This document shows, in pieces, positions 9,514 to 20,415 of a stretch of 64,000 nt of DNA. Within the stretch, counting starts at the first letter, position 1. The number at the start of each line of letters is the position of its first letter. Under the pieces are notes generated by a model. It saw nothing but the letters and a program-made list of their open reading frames with translations, was not told the DNA's origin and made no database searches. The stretch lies in assembly GCA_903851235.1 (NCBI GenBank), contig CAINNR010000032.1, positions 25-64,024 on the forward strand, in the 5' to 3' direction. The DNA is from an uncultured Candidatus Berkelbacteria bacterium. GTDB taxonomy: Bacteria > Patescibacteriota > UBA1384 > XYA2-FULL-43-10 > CAINNR01. Made by a program: the position numbers and the translations under genes.

Positions 9514-10326
9514 TTAATTCTTTGGGATTGAATCTTCCGAGAACCAAATTTCGTGATTTTTATCAAAGTAGAACTCTTTTACTGCCGGTTCGGCGTTGTT
9601 TTTGACGTACTCCGGGTCAACGTCAAATATCTTATTTTTCTCTCTCACTACTTTATTCCAGTATATTCGGTTTTTAATTTTTCCCCTGTCAGATGAATTA
9701 GTTGTTTGGGCTTTGTGCATCGTAAATTGCGACAGAGCAATATTTTTGCAACAAAATTTGAAGCCGGCGCTTTGCGCTCGTAACCACAAATCCCAATCCT
9801 CACCGATTTTTATATTTTCATCATAACCACCGAGTTTATCAAAAACGTATTTATAGTAGGCGGATGATCCGGCGTGGGCGATATAGTTAATATATTTTAG
9901 CATTACGGGATCATATGGCTGAAAATGCCGGAGTGTTCTTTCGCCGGTTTCGGGGTAAAATCTCTCTAAATTGGCGTAAAAAATATCGGCTTTGTTTTTT
10001 TCAAGTTCCGCCACACTGACCTCGGCCCGATTTGGGAAATTCGGATCGTCGGCATCAACGGGAAAAATTATTTCGCCACTGGCAACCCGTGTTCCTAAAT
10101 TTCTCGCTGCTGCGACGCCGGATTTATTTTCCGGGCTTTTGAGAGTGATTAAATTCGGATGACTCCCCACCATCGTTTTTAGAATCTCTGGAGTCCTGTC
10201 ACTACTGTGATCATCAACAACAATTACTTCAAGATTCTGATAATTTTGATTTAGAATTGAATTAATGGTATTCTCAAGGAAATACTCACCATCTTTTACT
10301 GCCAGAACGAATGAAACTTTTTTCAT
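9514..10326 (-). CDS. Glycosyltransferase family 2.
   Basis: 'VIVVDDHSSDRTPEIL' and 'DADD' (the DxD motif). Confidence 0.8.
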   Translation of the reverse strand: MKKVSFVLAVKDGEYFLENTINSILNQNYQNLEVIVVDDHSSDRTPEILKTMVGSHPNLITLKSPENKSGVAAARNLGTRVASGEIIFPVDADDPNFPNRAEVSVAELEKNKADIFYANLERFYPETGERTLRHFQPYDPVMLKYINYIAHAGSSAYYKYVFDKLGGYDENIKIGEDWDLWLRAQSAGFKFCCKNIALSQFTMHKAQTTNSSDRGKIKNRIYWNKVVREKNKIFDVDPEYVKNNAEPAVKEFYFDKNHEIWFSEDSIPKN

Positions 10327-10417
10327 TTCACTTCCTTTCTACTCGGCTTTTTGATATTATTTAGTAAGTCAAACCTAATTTTAGCAGGGATTCGTAATTT
10401 ATGAAATGAGGTGTCTG

Positions 10418-11182
10418 ATGTCAGAGCCGAAAATTAGCTATATTATTGCCACTCGCGACAGGGCTGATTTGATTGGGGAAACCATCTTATCTTTAATTCA
10501 ACAGGACGAAGCTGATTGGGAAGCGATCATTGTTGACGATCATGGAACCGACAAGACGGAGGAGATAATCAAGAATTTTCATGATCAAAGGTTAGTCTAT
10601 CTCAAACTCGGTGATTCAAATGGTAGGGGTGCCAGTTGCGCCAGAAATTTGGCGGCGATTTGGGCCAAAGCTCCTATTATTGCGATTACTGATTCTGATG
10701 ATATTTTATATCCGAACCGAACTTCAGAGACGCTAAAAGCCTTTAGGGACAACCCTGAGATTGAGGTTTTTTATTCAGATTTTGATATCTGGGATGTTGC
10801 AAGTGGTGAAGTTCGAAGCCGCAAAACTCCGGTTTCGGATTATTCATTTGAAAAAATGAAAGCTGATCATTTTATTCCGCACATTACGGTTGCAATGAAA
10901 AAACAGCTTTTACTTGATAACCCTTATAACCAATACTTTCGGATGGCCGAAGATTACGACATTTTGTCACGACTAGCTGTTCAAGGAAGAAAATTTTATT
11001 TTTGCAAGAAAAAGTTGATGAAATATCGCCTCGGAATAAACAATATGTCGATTGGTAAGGAAAGAAAAACCATTGTCGATCTATACGGACAAATGGCAAA
11101 AATGGCTCGAGGCTTTATTCCATTTGGTTTGGAAGTGGCAAAACAAATTCAAGAATTTGAAAATCAAAGGAGCAAAAAATGA
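10418..11182 (+). CDS. Glycosyltransferase family 2.
   Basis: 'IIVDDHGTDKTEEI' and 'ITDSDD'. Start moved to the ATG that follows the GAGGTG SD (MSEPKISY...). Confidence 0.8.
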   Translation: MSEPKISYIIATRDRADLIGETILSLIQQDEADWEAIIVDDHGTDKTEEIIKNFHDQRLVYLKLGDSNGRGASCARNLAAIWAKAPIIAITDSDDILYPNRTSETLKAFRDNPEIEVFYSDFDIWDVASGEVRSRKTPVSDYSFEKMKADHFIPHITVAMKKQLLLDNPYNQYFRMAEDYDILSRLAVQGRKFYFCKKKLMKYRLGINNMSIGKERKTIVDLYGQMAKMARGFIPFGLEVAKQIQEFENQRSKK

Positions 11183-12219
11183 AAATTGCAATTGTTGGTG
11201 CCATCGATACTCCAATCACTAAAGATTCTACCGCCGGTACTGAGGTTTGGACCTATAATCTGGCGGAAAAATTAATCGAACTCGGGCATTCTGTCACCTT
11301 ATTTGCAAATGGTGGAAGCGTTTTTTCCGGAAAGTTGGTTAATATTGTTGAGGAGCAAGAATTGGTAAACGGTGATTCAACAAAAAAGATCTCTCCCGCC
11401 AAGTTTTCGATGTACAGTGTTAAAGAGATGGTCGAAGTAGTAAAAAAGCAAGCAGATTTTGACGTTATCCATATAAGCGTCTACAGCTTTCATTATCTAT
11501 TACCACTAGTTGATCTGATTGAAAAACCGATAGTAATGACAATCCATGGCACCTCTTTTCAGGATTCGGAGATCGGCCAGGTGTTTAAGTTATATCCAAA
11601 AGTCAATTATGTTTTTATCGCTAAACAATACGAAAAGAAATGGCCTCATCCGGAAAAGTATCAAGTTATATATAACGGTATCGAAGTTGAAAAATTTGAT
11701 TTTAGCGACAAAAAATCGGACTACTTTTTTTGGATGAGCCGAATTTCTCCGGAGAAAGGTGTCGATGACGCAATTGATTTTGCGAAAAAAACCGGCGAAA
11801 AATTAATCATCGCCGGGCCGATTCGTGATCAGGGTTATTTTGACAAAACCGTCAAATCGTATCTTTCGGAAAAAATTAAATATGTCGGTGAATTGGATTT
11901 TGCCGCCAAAAACAAGTATTACAAAAATGCCCGCGCGTTTCTAATGCCGATAAAATGGGAGGAACCGTTTGGTATGGTGGTTGTTGAGGCTTTGGCTTGC
12001 GGTACGCCGGTTATTGCCTATAATCGCGGGGCGATGCCAGAATTAATTGACAATGGCGTCAATGGTTTTTTAGTCGATGATGTCGTTGGCATGATTGAAG
12101 CCGAAAAACAATTAGCTAAAATAGATAGCCAATCATGTAAAAAAAGCGCGGAAAATTTTAGCCTTAAAAGAATGGTTGGGCAGTATGTTAAATATTATGA
12201 TGAAATTATTATAGCTTAG
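11179..12219 (+). CDS. Glycosyltransferase family 4.
   Basis: 'EPFGMVVVEALACGTPVIAYNRGAMPELI'. Confidence 0.85.
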   Translation: MKIAIVGAIDTPITKDSTAGTEVWTYNLAEKLIELGHSVTLFANGGSVFSGKLVNIVEEQELVNGDSTKKISPAKFSMYSVKEMVEVVKKQADFDVIHISVYSFHYLLPLVDLIEKPIVMTIHGTSFQDSEIGQVFKLYPKVNYVFIAKQYEKKWPHPEKYQVIYNGIEVEKFDFSDKKSDYFFWMSRISPEKGVDDAIDFAKKTGEKLIIAGPIRDQGYFDKTVKSYLSEKIKYVGELDFAAKNKYYKNARAFLMPIKWEEPFGMVVVEALACGTPVIAYNRGAMPELIDNGVNGFLVDDVVGMIEAEKQLAKIDSQSCKKSAENFSLKRMVGQYVKYYDEIIIA

Positions 12220-12257
12220 GGAAGTCAGAACAGCTTATTTTTAATTCGGGAGAAATA

Positions 12258-13364
12258 ATGAATAAAGAAAAATTACGAATTGCCCAACTTGGCAGTATTT
12301 GGGAGACCACACCTCCGCCACTTTATGGTGGAACCGAAAGAGTTGTCTATAATTTGACTGAAGGATTGGTTGATCGCGGTCACGAAGTGACTCTTTTTGC
12401 CACCGGTGACTCAAAAACTCGCGCCCGTTTAATCTCTGTCACACCGGAAGCGTTGTATCGCCGAGGAATTTCTTGGGGCAATGCGCTTTATCCACTAATG
12501 AACATTTTTAACGCTTTCAATATGAGTGATCAATTTGATCTGATTCATATTCATCTGAATATGCCAACGGATTTTATTGCTCTGGCCTTTGCTAAATTAA
12601 TAAAAATTCCGACGGTTGTAACCATTCATTTTCGTCTGCCGGATAAAATCGAAGATATAACTGATCGCTATGTTGCACTGGAAAAATTTTCTAGTTTGAA
12701 TTATGTCTCAATTAGCAATAATCAACGAACGAACAAAAAACTGCATTATGCGAAAACCGTATATAACGGAATTGATTTCTCCATCTACAAATTTGATCCC
12801 AAGGGCGGAGTCGATCTCGGTTGGATTGGTCGATTTTCGCCGGACAAAGGTGCCAAACAAGCTATTGAGGTTGCAAATCGATTGGACCAACAACTGGTTT
12901 TGGCCGGCAAACTGGATGCCAATGACAAGAATAACCAACAATACTTTAAAGACGAAATCGAACCGAATTTAAAGAAAACCTTAAAAAATTATTACATCGG
13001 CGAGATTAACGATAAACAAAAATCAAATTTCTTTGGTAAAATGCGTTGTTTATTAAACCCAACAAATTGGCGAGAACCATTCGGTTTAGTTGTAGTTGAA
13101 GCCAACGCTTGCGGGACTCCGGTTGTTGCTTTTGATAATGGCGCAATGCGAGAGATTATCAAAGACGGAGTCAACGGTTTTGTTGTCAAGGCCGGAGATG
13201 TAAACGCAATGGCTAAACGTGCGAAAGAAATATATGATATGTCTGACGAAAAATATCAAGCGTTTCGAAAAACTTCTTGGGAATTCTCAAAGAAGAATTT
13301 TTCGTCTGAAAAGATGGTGGAAAATTATGAGAAATTATACCAGAGAATATTAAAAAATATTTAA
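12258..13364 (+). CDS. Glycosyltransferase family 4.
   Basis: 'EPFGLVVVEANACGTPVVAFDNGAMREII'. Confidence 0.85.
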   Translation: MNKEKLRIAQLGSIWETTPPPLYGGTERVVYNLTEGLVDRGHEVTLFATGDSKTRARLISVTPEALYRRGISWGNALYPLMNIFNAFNMSDQFDLIHIHLNMPTDFIALAFAKLIKIPTVVTIHFRLPDKIEDITDRYVALEKFSSLNYVSISNNQRTNKKLHYAKTVYNGIDFSIYKFDPKGGVDLGWIGRFSPDKGAKQAIEVANRLDQQLVLAGKLDANDKNNQQYFKDEIEPNLKKTLKNYYIGEINDKQKSNFFGKMRCLLNPTNWREPFGLVVVEANACGTPVVAFDNGAMREIIKDGVNGFVVKAGDVNAMAKRAKEIYDMSDEKYQAFRKTSWEFSKKNFSSEKMVENYEKLYQRILKNI

Positions 13365-14329
13365 TGATAAATTATCAAAAAGAATCAGAATTGCTGGCAA
13401 AAAAATTGAACTTTATTCCAAAAGAGGTATTTAGAAATGTTCCTGAATTCGGTTATTTTATTACCAAAGGTACGATTGGAAAAGCTGATGTAGTATTGCG
13501 TCTTTCGCCAAAAATCGACAAGGAAAAGAAAATTAAAGCTTTGAGAGAAAAATTAGCAAATGATATTGCAGGAGATCAACTGGTTGCTAAAATTATTGAT
13601 TTTGGCGAAACTAATGTTTTTACTTGGTCAATTAGAAAGTTTTATCCGGAAAAAACTTTAGCCGTTGATTCAAGTTCCGGGGAATTATTTCACAACAGCG
13701 ATATTATACGAGATGAATTCTTAAAAAAATCCGAAGAAATTATCTTTGCAATAACTGAAAATATTAAACATTTAGAAGACTCTGATTGGTCGGAACTCAA
13801 CTTTAAGAAGCTAAAGTCAAGGAAATTTCCGTTTGCGCTAAATATGGTTAATCAAGAATTGATTGAAAAATCAACAGCCGTAAATTTTAATCAACTTGGG
13901 AAATTCTTTTCGAGCAATAAAAAAATATATTTTAATAAAAAAGAGCTTGTTCCTTGTGTCGGCGATCTGTCACCGGCAAATATACTAATTGGAAAATCGA
14001 ACAAGGTTCTATTTTATGATCTCGAATATTTTTCTATCGAACAAAAAACGATTGATATCGCCTATCTTTGGAATTATCTTTGGCGATATCCCGAGTGGCA
14101 AAAGAAAATAGTTAAATTATTAATCACCAATGATGACGATCAGCTAAAATTTCGTTTCAGCTTAATTCGAGTGATTTTGGGAATTTATAATGAAGGTTTA
14201 TCAACTTATTCAAAAAGTCCAAACAAAGATGTTTTAGTAAAAAAAATCAATCTGTATAAAAAACATATTTGCGCCAGATATCTTACTGCTGCTGGGCAGT
14301 CGTTTGATGCAATTATGAAGGTTAAATAA
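13364..14329 (+). CDS. Kinase-like fold protein (APH/choline-kinase-like phosphotransferase) inside the glycan cluster.
   Basis: 'VGDLSPANILIGKSNKVLFYDLEYF' resembles the HGDxxxxN...D catalytic/Mg loops of the APH family. Confidence 0.5.
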   Translation: MINYQKESELLAKKLNFIPKEVFRNVPEFGYFITKGTIGKADVVLRLSPKIDKEKKIKALREKLANDIAGDQLVAKIIDFGETNVFTWSIRKFYPEKTLAVDSSSGELFHNSDIIRDEFLKKSEEIIFAITENIKHLEDSDWSELNFKKLKSRKFPFALNMVNQELIEKSTAVNFNQLGKFFSSNKKIYFNKKELVPCVGDLSPANILIGKSNKVLFYDLEYFSIEQKTIDIAYLWNYLWRYPEWQKKIVKLLITNDDDQLKFRFSLIRVILGIYNEGLSTYSKSPNKDVLVKKINLYKKHICARYLTAAGQSFDAIMKVK

Positions 14330-14339
14330 TTGGAGAAAT

Positions 14340-15716
14340 ATGGCCAGAATTTTGCAATCAATTTTTAAAACCTATGATATTAGAGGGATATACCCCGAGG
14401 AAATTAATGTTTCTGCAATCGAAAAGATTGCCGCGTCTCAAGTTGAATTTCTAAAAGCAAAATCAATTGTTTTGGGCTTTGACGCAAGAAAATCCTCGCC
14501 CGAATTTCATCGTGCGGCAAAAGAAATTTTTGTTTCCCTTGGTATAAAAGTTTTTGACGTCGGGATGGTTCCGATTGAGGTTCTGTACTTTGCTTGCGGA
14601 GATTTTAAGGCCGATGGCGGCTTTTACATTTCTGCGTCTCACAATCCAAGGGAGTATAATGGAGTCAAATTAATTCGCGAAGAAGCGAAGCCATTGACCT
14701 CCGGTTCCGGCTTAGAAGAAGTAATGAAGATTGCTTTGGGACTTACTAAAATAATTCCGGCAAAAAATCCTGGCCTGATTATTACTACTGATCCATGGGT
14801 TGATTATCTAAGAAAGATTTTTTCTGTTGTAGGAGCGGAAAAAATAAAACCGATAAAAATTATCTGTGATGCCTCGAATGGCGTCTCCGGTTTGGCGTTG
14901 GAAAAAATTGTTGAAAAATTACCGATTGAAATAATCAAATTGAATTTTGCTCCCGATGGTGATTTTCCGAATCATCAACCTAACCCCTTGGTTGCGGCAT
15001 ACCGGCAGCAAATTGTCGCGGAATGCCAAAAAAATAAAGATGTCTCTTTAGCGGCGATTTTTGATGGTGATGGTGACCGAGTTGCTTTCCTGGACGAAGC
15101 CGGTGAATTTATTGACACTGATTTTTCCAGCGCTCTGATAACAAAAATTCTTCTTGGAAAAAATCCCGGTGATTCAATAGTTTTTGATTTACGGCGAGGT
15201 TGGGCGATAAAAGATCAAGCGGAAATTTTAGGTTCAAGATATTACCCGACAAAATCTGGTTACCCGTTTATCAAAGAGAAAATGAGGCAAGAAAATGCTG
15301 TTTTTGCTGGCGAAGCGTCGGCACATTATTTTTATCGCGATTTTTTCTTTTCCGATTCCGGGATCATCACATTACTTTTAGTCGTTAAATTTTTATCGGA
15401 AAATAATTTGAAAATGTCTGAGGCGATTGAAGAATATCGGCAGGCTTATTTCATGTTTGAGGAAACCAATTTTAAAGTCAAAAATAGCGATGAAATTGTG
15501 GAAAAATTAAAAAAAGAATTTTCTGATGGTAAAATCAATTTGCTTGATGGCTTGTCAATTGATTACGCTGATTGGCATTTTAATCTTCGGACTTCAAATA
15601 CTCAACCATTGATTCGTTTAAATGTTGAAGGAAAAAATCAGGAGTTAATTGAAGAAATGCGCGATAAAATAATTAATATTATTAATAGTTTCGGCGGGAT
15701 TGAAGTTGAGGAATAG
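14340..15716 (+). CDS. Phosphoglucomutase/phosphomannomutase (alpha-D-phosphohexomutase).
   Basis: 'SASHNPREYNGVKL' is the phosphoserine active-site loop. Length 458 aa. Confidence 0.88.
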   Translation: MARILQSIFKTYDIRGIYPEEINVSAIEKIAASQVEFLKAKSIVLGFDARKSSPEFHRAAKEIFVSLGIKVFDVGMVPIEVLYFACGDFKADGGFYISASHNPREYNGVKLIREEAKPLTSGSGLEEVMKIALGLTKIIPAKNPGLIITTDPWVDYLRKIFSVVGAEKIKPIKIICDASNGVSGLALEKIVEKLPIEIIKLNFAPDGDFPNHQPNPLVAAYRQQIVAECQKNKDVSLAAIFDGDGDRVAFLDEAGEFIDTDFSSALITKILLGKNPGDSIVFDLRRGWAIKDQAEILGSRYYPTKSGYPFIKEKMRQENAVFAGEASAHYFYRDFFFSDSGIITLLLVVKFLSENNLKMSEAIEEYRQAYFMFEETNFKVKNSDEIVEKLKKEFSDGKINLLDGLSIDYADWHFNLRTSNTQPLIRLNVEGKNQELIEEMRDKIINIINSFGGIEVEE

Positions 15717-15725
15717 AAAAATATT

Positions 15726-16295
15726 ATGATCTCATATTTAAAGGGAGGAATAATAATTTCACGGCCGGGTTTTATCATTATCGATGTTGCCGGTGTCGGT
15801 TATAAAGTTGCGGTTTCGCCGCAAGTTGATTTTTTGGAAAGTATGAAAAAGTATGAGCTTTTCATACATCATCATATAAAAGAGGACGCCAGTGATCTCT
15901 ACGGGTTTTTAAAGTTTGAGGAATTGGAATTGTTTGAAAAATTATTATCAGTCAATGGTGTCGGACCGAAAGTGGCGATGACAATTGTTTCGATCGCTCC
16001 GGCGGAAAAAATAATCGATGCAATTATCTCCGAGGATTCAAACTTCTTTCAATCGGCGCCGGGAGTTGGGAAAAAAGTCGCAATAAAAATTATTCTTGAT
16101 TTAAAATCCAAGATTTCAAATTTAAAATATAGCGGAAACATCGGCGGCGGTCAGCATCAAGATATTTATGATGGTTTGGAAATGCTTGGCTACAAGAAAC
16201 AGGAGATTGATAAAATTATTGGTAAGTTGCCGGCAGAATTGAAGTCATCGGAAGAAAAAATCAGATGGTGCCTTAGAAATTTATCCAAAGTGTAA
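15726..16295 (+). CDS. ruvA: Holliday junction branch-migration protein RuvA.
   Basis: N-terminal 'GVGYKV' OB-fold and helix-hairpin-helix 'VNGVGPKVAMTIV'. Confidence 0.88.
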   Translation: MISYLKGGIIISRPGFIIIDVAGVGYKVAVSPQVDFLESMKKYELFIHHHIKEDASDLYGFLKFEELELFEKLLSVNGVGPKVAMTIVSIAPAEKIIDAIISEDSNFFQSAPGVGKKVAIKIILDLKSKISNLKYSGNIGGGQHQDIYDGLEMLGYKKQEIDKIIGKLPAELKSSEEKIRWCLRNLSKV

Positions 16296-16324
16296 AATTA
16301 TTTTTTATTTTTTGATTTATTGTT

Positions 16325-17353
16325 ATGTCAGAAGCAGACCAAAATATAATAAATACAACCGTTGTTGAGGAAGATTTTGACCTTGATAATTCTTTGCGGC
16401 CAAAAAAACTTTCTGACTATGTCGGTCAAGTTGCGATTAAAGAAAATCTTGATATTTTTATTTCTGCGGCCAAAAAAAGAGACGAAGCGGTTGAACATAT
16501 ACTGTTATATGGACCGCCGGGTTTAGGCAAGACAACTCTGGCTCATATTATCGCTAATGAAATGGGAGCTAATATTCGTGTCACCTCTGGAACAGCAATT
16601 GAGCGCGCCGGTGATTTGGCATCAATTTTGACCTCTTTGCAAGATGGCGACATTCTATTTGTTGATGAAATTCATCGTCTAAATCGTAACATCGAAGAGG
16701 TTTTGTATCCGGCGATGGAAGATTTTGCCATCGATATGATTTTGGGCAAGGGCCCATCGGCAAAAACCTTGCGTTTAGATGTGCCAAGATTTACGCTCAT
16801 CGGCGCAACGACGAAAATTGGCGCGCTTTCTTCACCGCTCCGCGACCGTTTCGGTAATATTTTTCGTTTGGAATTTTACACTGATGAAGAATTGGAGGAA
16901 ATTGTAAAACGTTCGGCGAAAATATTAAATATCAAGCATCGCGGTAATGGCCTGAAGGAGATCTCAAAGAGATCGCGAAAAACTCCGCGTGTCGCCAACC
17001 GAATTTTGAAACGGGTTCGCGACTTTGCCGAAGTAAAACACCAAGGCGAAATTGATGAGGAGATTGCCGAGTTGGCGCTTTCAATGTTGGATATTGATAA
17101 GCTTGGTCTTGATAAAACCGACCGAATGATTCTAGAGATCATTATCGATAAATTTTCTGGCGGACCGGTTGGGCTTGACGCTTTGGCCGCCGCCGCGTCT
17201 GAGGATCGGGATACTATCGAAGACGTAATTGAGCCGTATTTGATGCGCTTGGGCTTTATTGACCGGACCCCTCGTGGCCGAATTGCGACGCCGGGAGCGT
17301 ATGAGCATCTGGGCAGGATTAAAGAATCAGATGAAAAACAGAAACTCCTATAG
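16325..17353 (+). CDS. ruvB: Holliday junction branch-migration ATPase RuvB.
   Basis: Walker A '[14 protein letters not shown]' and 'LFVDEIHRL'. Confidence 0.92.
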   Translation: MSEADQNIINTTVVEEDFDLDNSLRPKKLSDYVGQVAIKENLDIFISAAKKRDEAVEHILLYGPPGLGKTTLAHIIANEMGANIRVTSGTAIERAGDLASILTSLQDGDILFVDEIHRLNRNIEEVLYPAMEDFAIDMILGKGPSAKTLRLDVPRFTLIGATTKIGALSSPLRDRFGNIFRLEFYTDEELEEIVKRSAKILNIKHRGNGLKEISKRSRKTPRVANRILKRVRDFAEVKHQGEIDEEIAELALSMLDIDKLGLDKTDRMILEIIIDKFSGGPVGLDALAAAASEDRDTIEDVIEPYLMRLGFIDRTPRGRIATPGAYEHLGRIKESDEKQKLL

Positions 17354-17372
17354 AAAAATCAATACCTAATAA

Positions 17373-17963
17373 ATGATAAAAACTTTTATGTCAAAAAAAA
17401 TTTTGCTTCATACTTGTTGTGTTTCTTGCCTGTCAATTGTCCATAAAAAATTGCTGGATAATGATTTTTCGCCAGTGATTTTTTATTATAATCCATCAAT
17501 TCAGGGCAAAATTGAATATCTCAATCGGTTGAAGGACGTGACTGAATATTGTCAAAAAAATAGTTTGGAAATAATTGTCCCGGAGTACAATGAAGAGGAA
17601 TTTTTTAAGCCGCTTCGCCCTTGGCAGGACAAAAATTCACTGAAATATATTAACGACAACAACCGCTTTCGGCGCAAACGTTGCGAATTTTGTTATCAAT
17701 TAAAAATCTATCGCACCGCTTCCGAAGCAAAGAAAACCAGAGTCAATTTCTTCTCAACAACGCTTTTGGCTTCACCGTATCAAGATCACGAATTCATTGA
17801 TTACATCTCCAGCCAAATTGCCAAAGAAAATGACTTAGAATTTATTTATGAGGATTTTCGAAAAGGTTACTGGCAGGGTCGAAATTTTTCCCGCTCTCAC
17901 AAATATATTATCCCGACTTATTGCGGTTGCACTTTTAGCCAAACAGAAAGGATGCTAGAATAA
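17373..17963 (+). CDS. queH: Epoxyqueuosine reductase QueH (DUF208).
   Basis: 'LLHTCCVSCLS' matches the Cys-cluster start of QueH. It sits near queA. Confidence 0.7.
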   Translation: MIKTFMSKKILLHTCCVSCLSIVHKKLLDNDFSPVIFYYNPSIQGKIEYLNRLKDVTEYCQKNSLEIIVPEYNEEEFFKPLRPWQDKNSLKYINDNNRFRRKRCEFCYQLKIYRTASEAKKTRVNFFSTTLLASPYQDHEFIDYISSQIAKENDLEFIYEDFRKGYWQGRNFSRSHKYIIPTYCGCTFSQTERMLE

Positions 17964-17967
17964 AATT

Positions 17968-18174
17968 ATGATATTTTTATTAGTTTGTTATTTTGTTTTC
18001 CTTGTCGGCTTTATAATTTTTAGCGCTTCCGGGCTTTATCACCTTTGGCGTTTTGGTTATGTTGGCGATCTGACAAAACCGGTAATGGTGGTATATATTA
18101 TTGTCGCAATTTTTATTATCGTTTTGACTTTATTCGCCATCAGCCTCAGATCTTGGCCGGCCACGATTTCATAA
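17968..18174 (+). CDS. Small two-TM membrane protein.
   Basis: 68-aa hydrophobic ORF tightly packed between queH and the next gene. Confidence 0.45.
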   Translation: MIFLLVCYFVFLVGFIIFSASGLYHLWRFGYVGDLTKPVMVVYIIVAIFIIVLTLFAISLRSWPATIS

Positions 18175-18207
18175 TGATGATTTTCATTAAATATTAAAAT
18201 TATATTT

Positions 18208-19098
18208 ATGCCAATTTCCGGAAAGTATTTTCCATCACAATTAAGTGGAGAGCGAGTATTTCTTTTGATCCGACGTCATTGGATTGTTTTTGCGGCAATG
18301 AGTTTGTTGTTAGCCGTACTTATTGTGCCGGTAATAATGTTGTTGATATATTGGAGCGCCAACCCCGATACTTTTTCCGGTTCGCTGGGAAACTTTTTAA
18401 TAATTCTTTCCAGTATGTACACGCTTGCGGTTATCGGTCTTATGCTTTACGGTTTTGTTAATTACTATCTTGATATTTATATCGTTACCAACAAAAGAAT
18501 CGTTGATATCAAACAAAACGGCTTTTTCAAGCGAGAAATCGCAGAGTTGCATCTTCATCAAATTCAAGATGTTGAAGCCAGGGTTGATGGATTTTTGCAA
18601 ACGGTGATCCATTTTGGCGATATTTACATTCAGACTGCCGGCGAACGGGAGAACTTTATTTTTGCCGATGTTCCTCATCCGTACACTCTGGCAAAAGAGA
18701 TTATAGAGTTGCATGAAGCGGCAATTGAGGCTGAATACGAGCCGCAAATGCCGGATGATGAAATCAAAGCTGATGATTACCGGCCGGAGGATTATTCATC
18801 GGGTAAGACAACTACCGATCAAGCCGAGGAACAAAGATTCCAACAAATTCAGAGCCAAGATAATCAGATTGAGGACTCCGGTGGTGCAATTAAGGAACTT
18901 GAGGAGAGTTATTCGCCAAAGGATGCGAAAGATTTTGAGCAACAGGTCTCCAAATCTTCAGCAACTTCCGCTTCCGATCAAACCCAACCAGAAGTTGAAC
19001 TTGGTTTCGGCTCGCATGACAGCGGCAATCAACAAAAAAATCCAACCGGTGAGTTATCTGAGGGTCAGGAGGTAAACTTAAACGATGATCACAACTAA
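18208..19098 (+). CDS. Membrane protein with a bacterial PH (YdbT/DUF304-like) domain and an acidic low-complexity C-terminal tail.
   Basis: Two TM helices, then 'YYLDIYIVTNKRIVDIKQNGFFKREI...IYIQTAG'. Confidence 0.6.
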   Translation: MPISGKYFPSQLSGERVFLLIRRHWIVFAAMSLLLAVLIVPVIMLLIYWSANPDTFSGSLGNFLIILSSMYTLAVIGLMLYGFVNYYLDIYIVTNKRIVDIKQNGFFKREIAELHLHQIQDVEARVDGFLQTVIHFGDIYIQTAGERENFIFADVPHPYTLAKEIIELHEAAIEAEYEPQMPDDEIKADDYRPEDYSSGKTTTDQAEEQRFQQIQSQDNQIEDSGGAIKELEESYSPKDAKDFEQQVSKSSATSASDQTQPEVELGFGSHDSGNQQKNPTGELSEGQEVNLNDDHN

Positions 19099-20134
19099 GG
19101 AGTTTGATTATAATATACCGGCAAATCTGATTGCCGCTTGTCCGGTTAGTCCGCGAGATTCTTCGCGGCTTTTGGTTTTTGAAACCCAAAAAAATACAGT
19201 TTCTGACCAAATTTTTTATAACATCGGAAATTATCTAAAATCTGGTGATCTTCTAATTTTGAACAACTCTAAAGTAATGCCGGCGCGAATAATCGGTAGG
19301 AGACAGACCACCGGGGAAGTTGAAATATTATTGCTGAAAAAAATTGGAAAATATTGGGATGTGTTGATTGGCGGGAAAATTAAGATTAAGGAAAAAATAT
19401 TTTTTGCCGCTGGTCTTGAAGCCTGTGTTATCGCGAAAGATGGGAAGAATGGGCTACTAAAATTTAATTTTTCGGGCGCAAAATTTTGGCAAAAAGTAAA
19501 TAAGATTGGTAAAATGCCGATTCCGCCATATATCAAAAATTCCAAATTGTCAGAGACTGATTTTAGAAGAGAATATCAAACGGTATATGCGAAAACCTTT
19601 GGCTCGGCGGCGGCACCGACTGCCGGCTTGCACTTCACTTTGAGGTTAATCAAAGAATTAAAATCAGCCGGAATCGGATTTGCTTCTGTTGATTTGCATG
19701 TCGGCATCGGAACATTTGCGCCGATAAATGACGAAGAGATTAGAAATAAGAAATTGCATATGGAAAGTTTTTCGATTCCCGCAGTGACTATTAAAAAAAT
19801 TGTTGAGACAAAGAAGACTGGTGGTAGAATTATCGCAGTTGGGACAACCACAGTTCGAGCCCTCGAGTCGGTTGCCAAGAAGATTTTGTCAGCTGAAAAA
19901 ATAGTCTCTGGTTCAACCGACATATTTATTCAACCTGGGGATAATTTTAAAATTGTTGATGGCTTAATTACAAATTTTCACTTGCCAAAATCGAGTTTAA
20001 TGATGCTAGTGGCGGCTTTTTTGCAGCATCGTGGAATCGATAATGGTCGAAAAAAACTTTTGGAGCTCTACAATATCGCCATTAATAAAGAGTATCGTTT
20101 CTACTCGTTCGGCGATGCGATGTTAATAATTTAA
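19085..20134 (+). CDS. queA: S-adenosylmethionine:tRNA ribosyltransferase-isomerase QueA.
   Basis: 349 aa. 'TAGLHFT' and 'GTTTVRALES' motifs. Confidence 0.88.
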   Translation: MITTKEFDYNIPANLIAACPVSPRDSSRLLVFETQKNTVSDQIFYNIGNYLKSGDLLILNNSKVMPARIIGRRQTTGEVEILLLKKIGKYWDVLIGGKIKIKEKIFFAAGLEACVIAKDGKNGLLKFNFSGAKFWQKVNKIGKMPIPPYIKNSKLSETDFRREYQTVYAKTFGSAAAPTAGLHFTLRLIKELKSAGIGFASVDLHVGIGTFAPINDEEIRNKKLHMESFSIPAVTIKKIVETKKTGGRIIAVGTTTVRALESVAKKILSAEKIVSGSTDIFIQPGDNFKIVDGLITNFHLPKSSLMMLVAAFLQHRGIDNGRKKLLELYNIAINKEYRFYSFGDAMLII

Positions 20135-20159
20135 CGACTTGACAGAAAAATCCCTGGAA

Positions 20160-20300
20160 TATAAACTAATAAAGTAAAAACTTTTGGGGAAAAGCTCGAA
20201 GGTTTTTTGTTTTTTAAACCGAAGGGGAAATTACACTGTGTATGGAGCTTAAAGTTCCCGAAGGCCTCGGGACCACCTAGCTTCACCACAGTGTTTTTTT
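20160..20300 (+). ncRNA. Candidate small RNA.
   Basis: A TTGACA...TATAAA-like promoter sits at ~20139-20165. The non-coding transcript ends in a long-stem hairpin (cactgtg...cacagtg) followed by ttttttt. Nothing matched SRP, 6S or RNase P by eye. Confidence 0.3.
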
Positions 20301-20415
20301 CTTGTCTCCACATCTTGCCGGTTGTTCAAAGTAATGTTAGAATTATCTCATCCTCCGGGCTAGCAAATAGCAGTCCGAATTTCCTGGTTGCAATTATTAT
20401 CTAACTGACACTTAG

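Noticed and set aside
20330-20400. GTTAGAAttatctcatcctcc resembles the cassette-boundary inverted repeat and mimic.
   Set aside because: It is a single partial match with no partner inverted repeat, terminator or cassette-like neighbour. It is probably coincidental.
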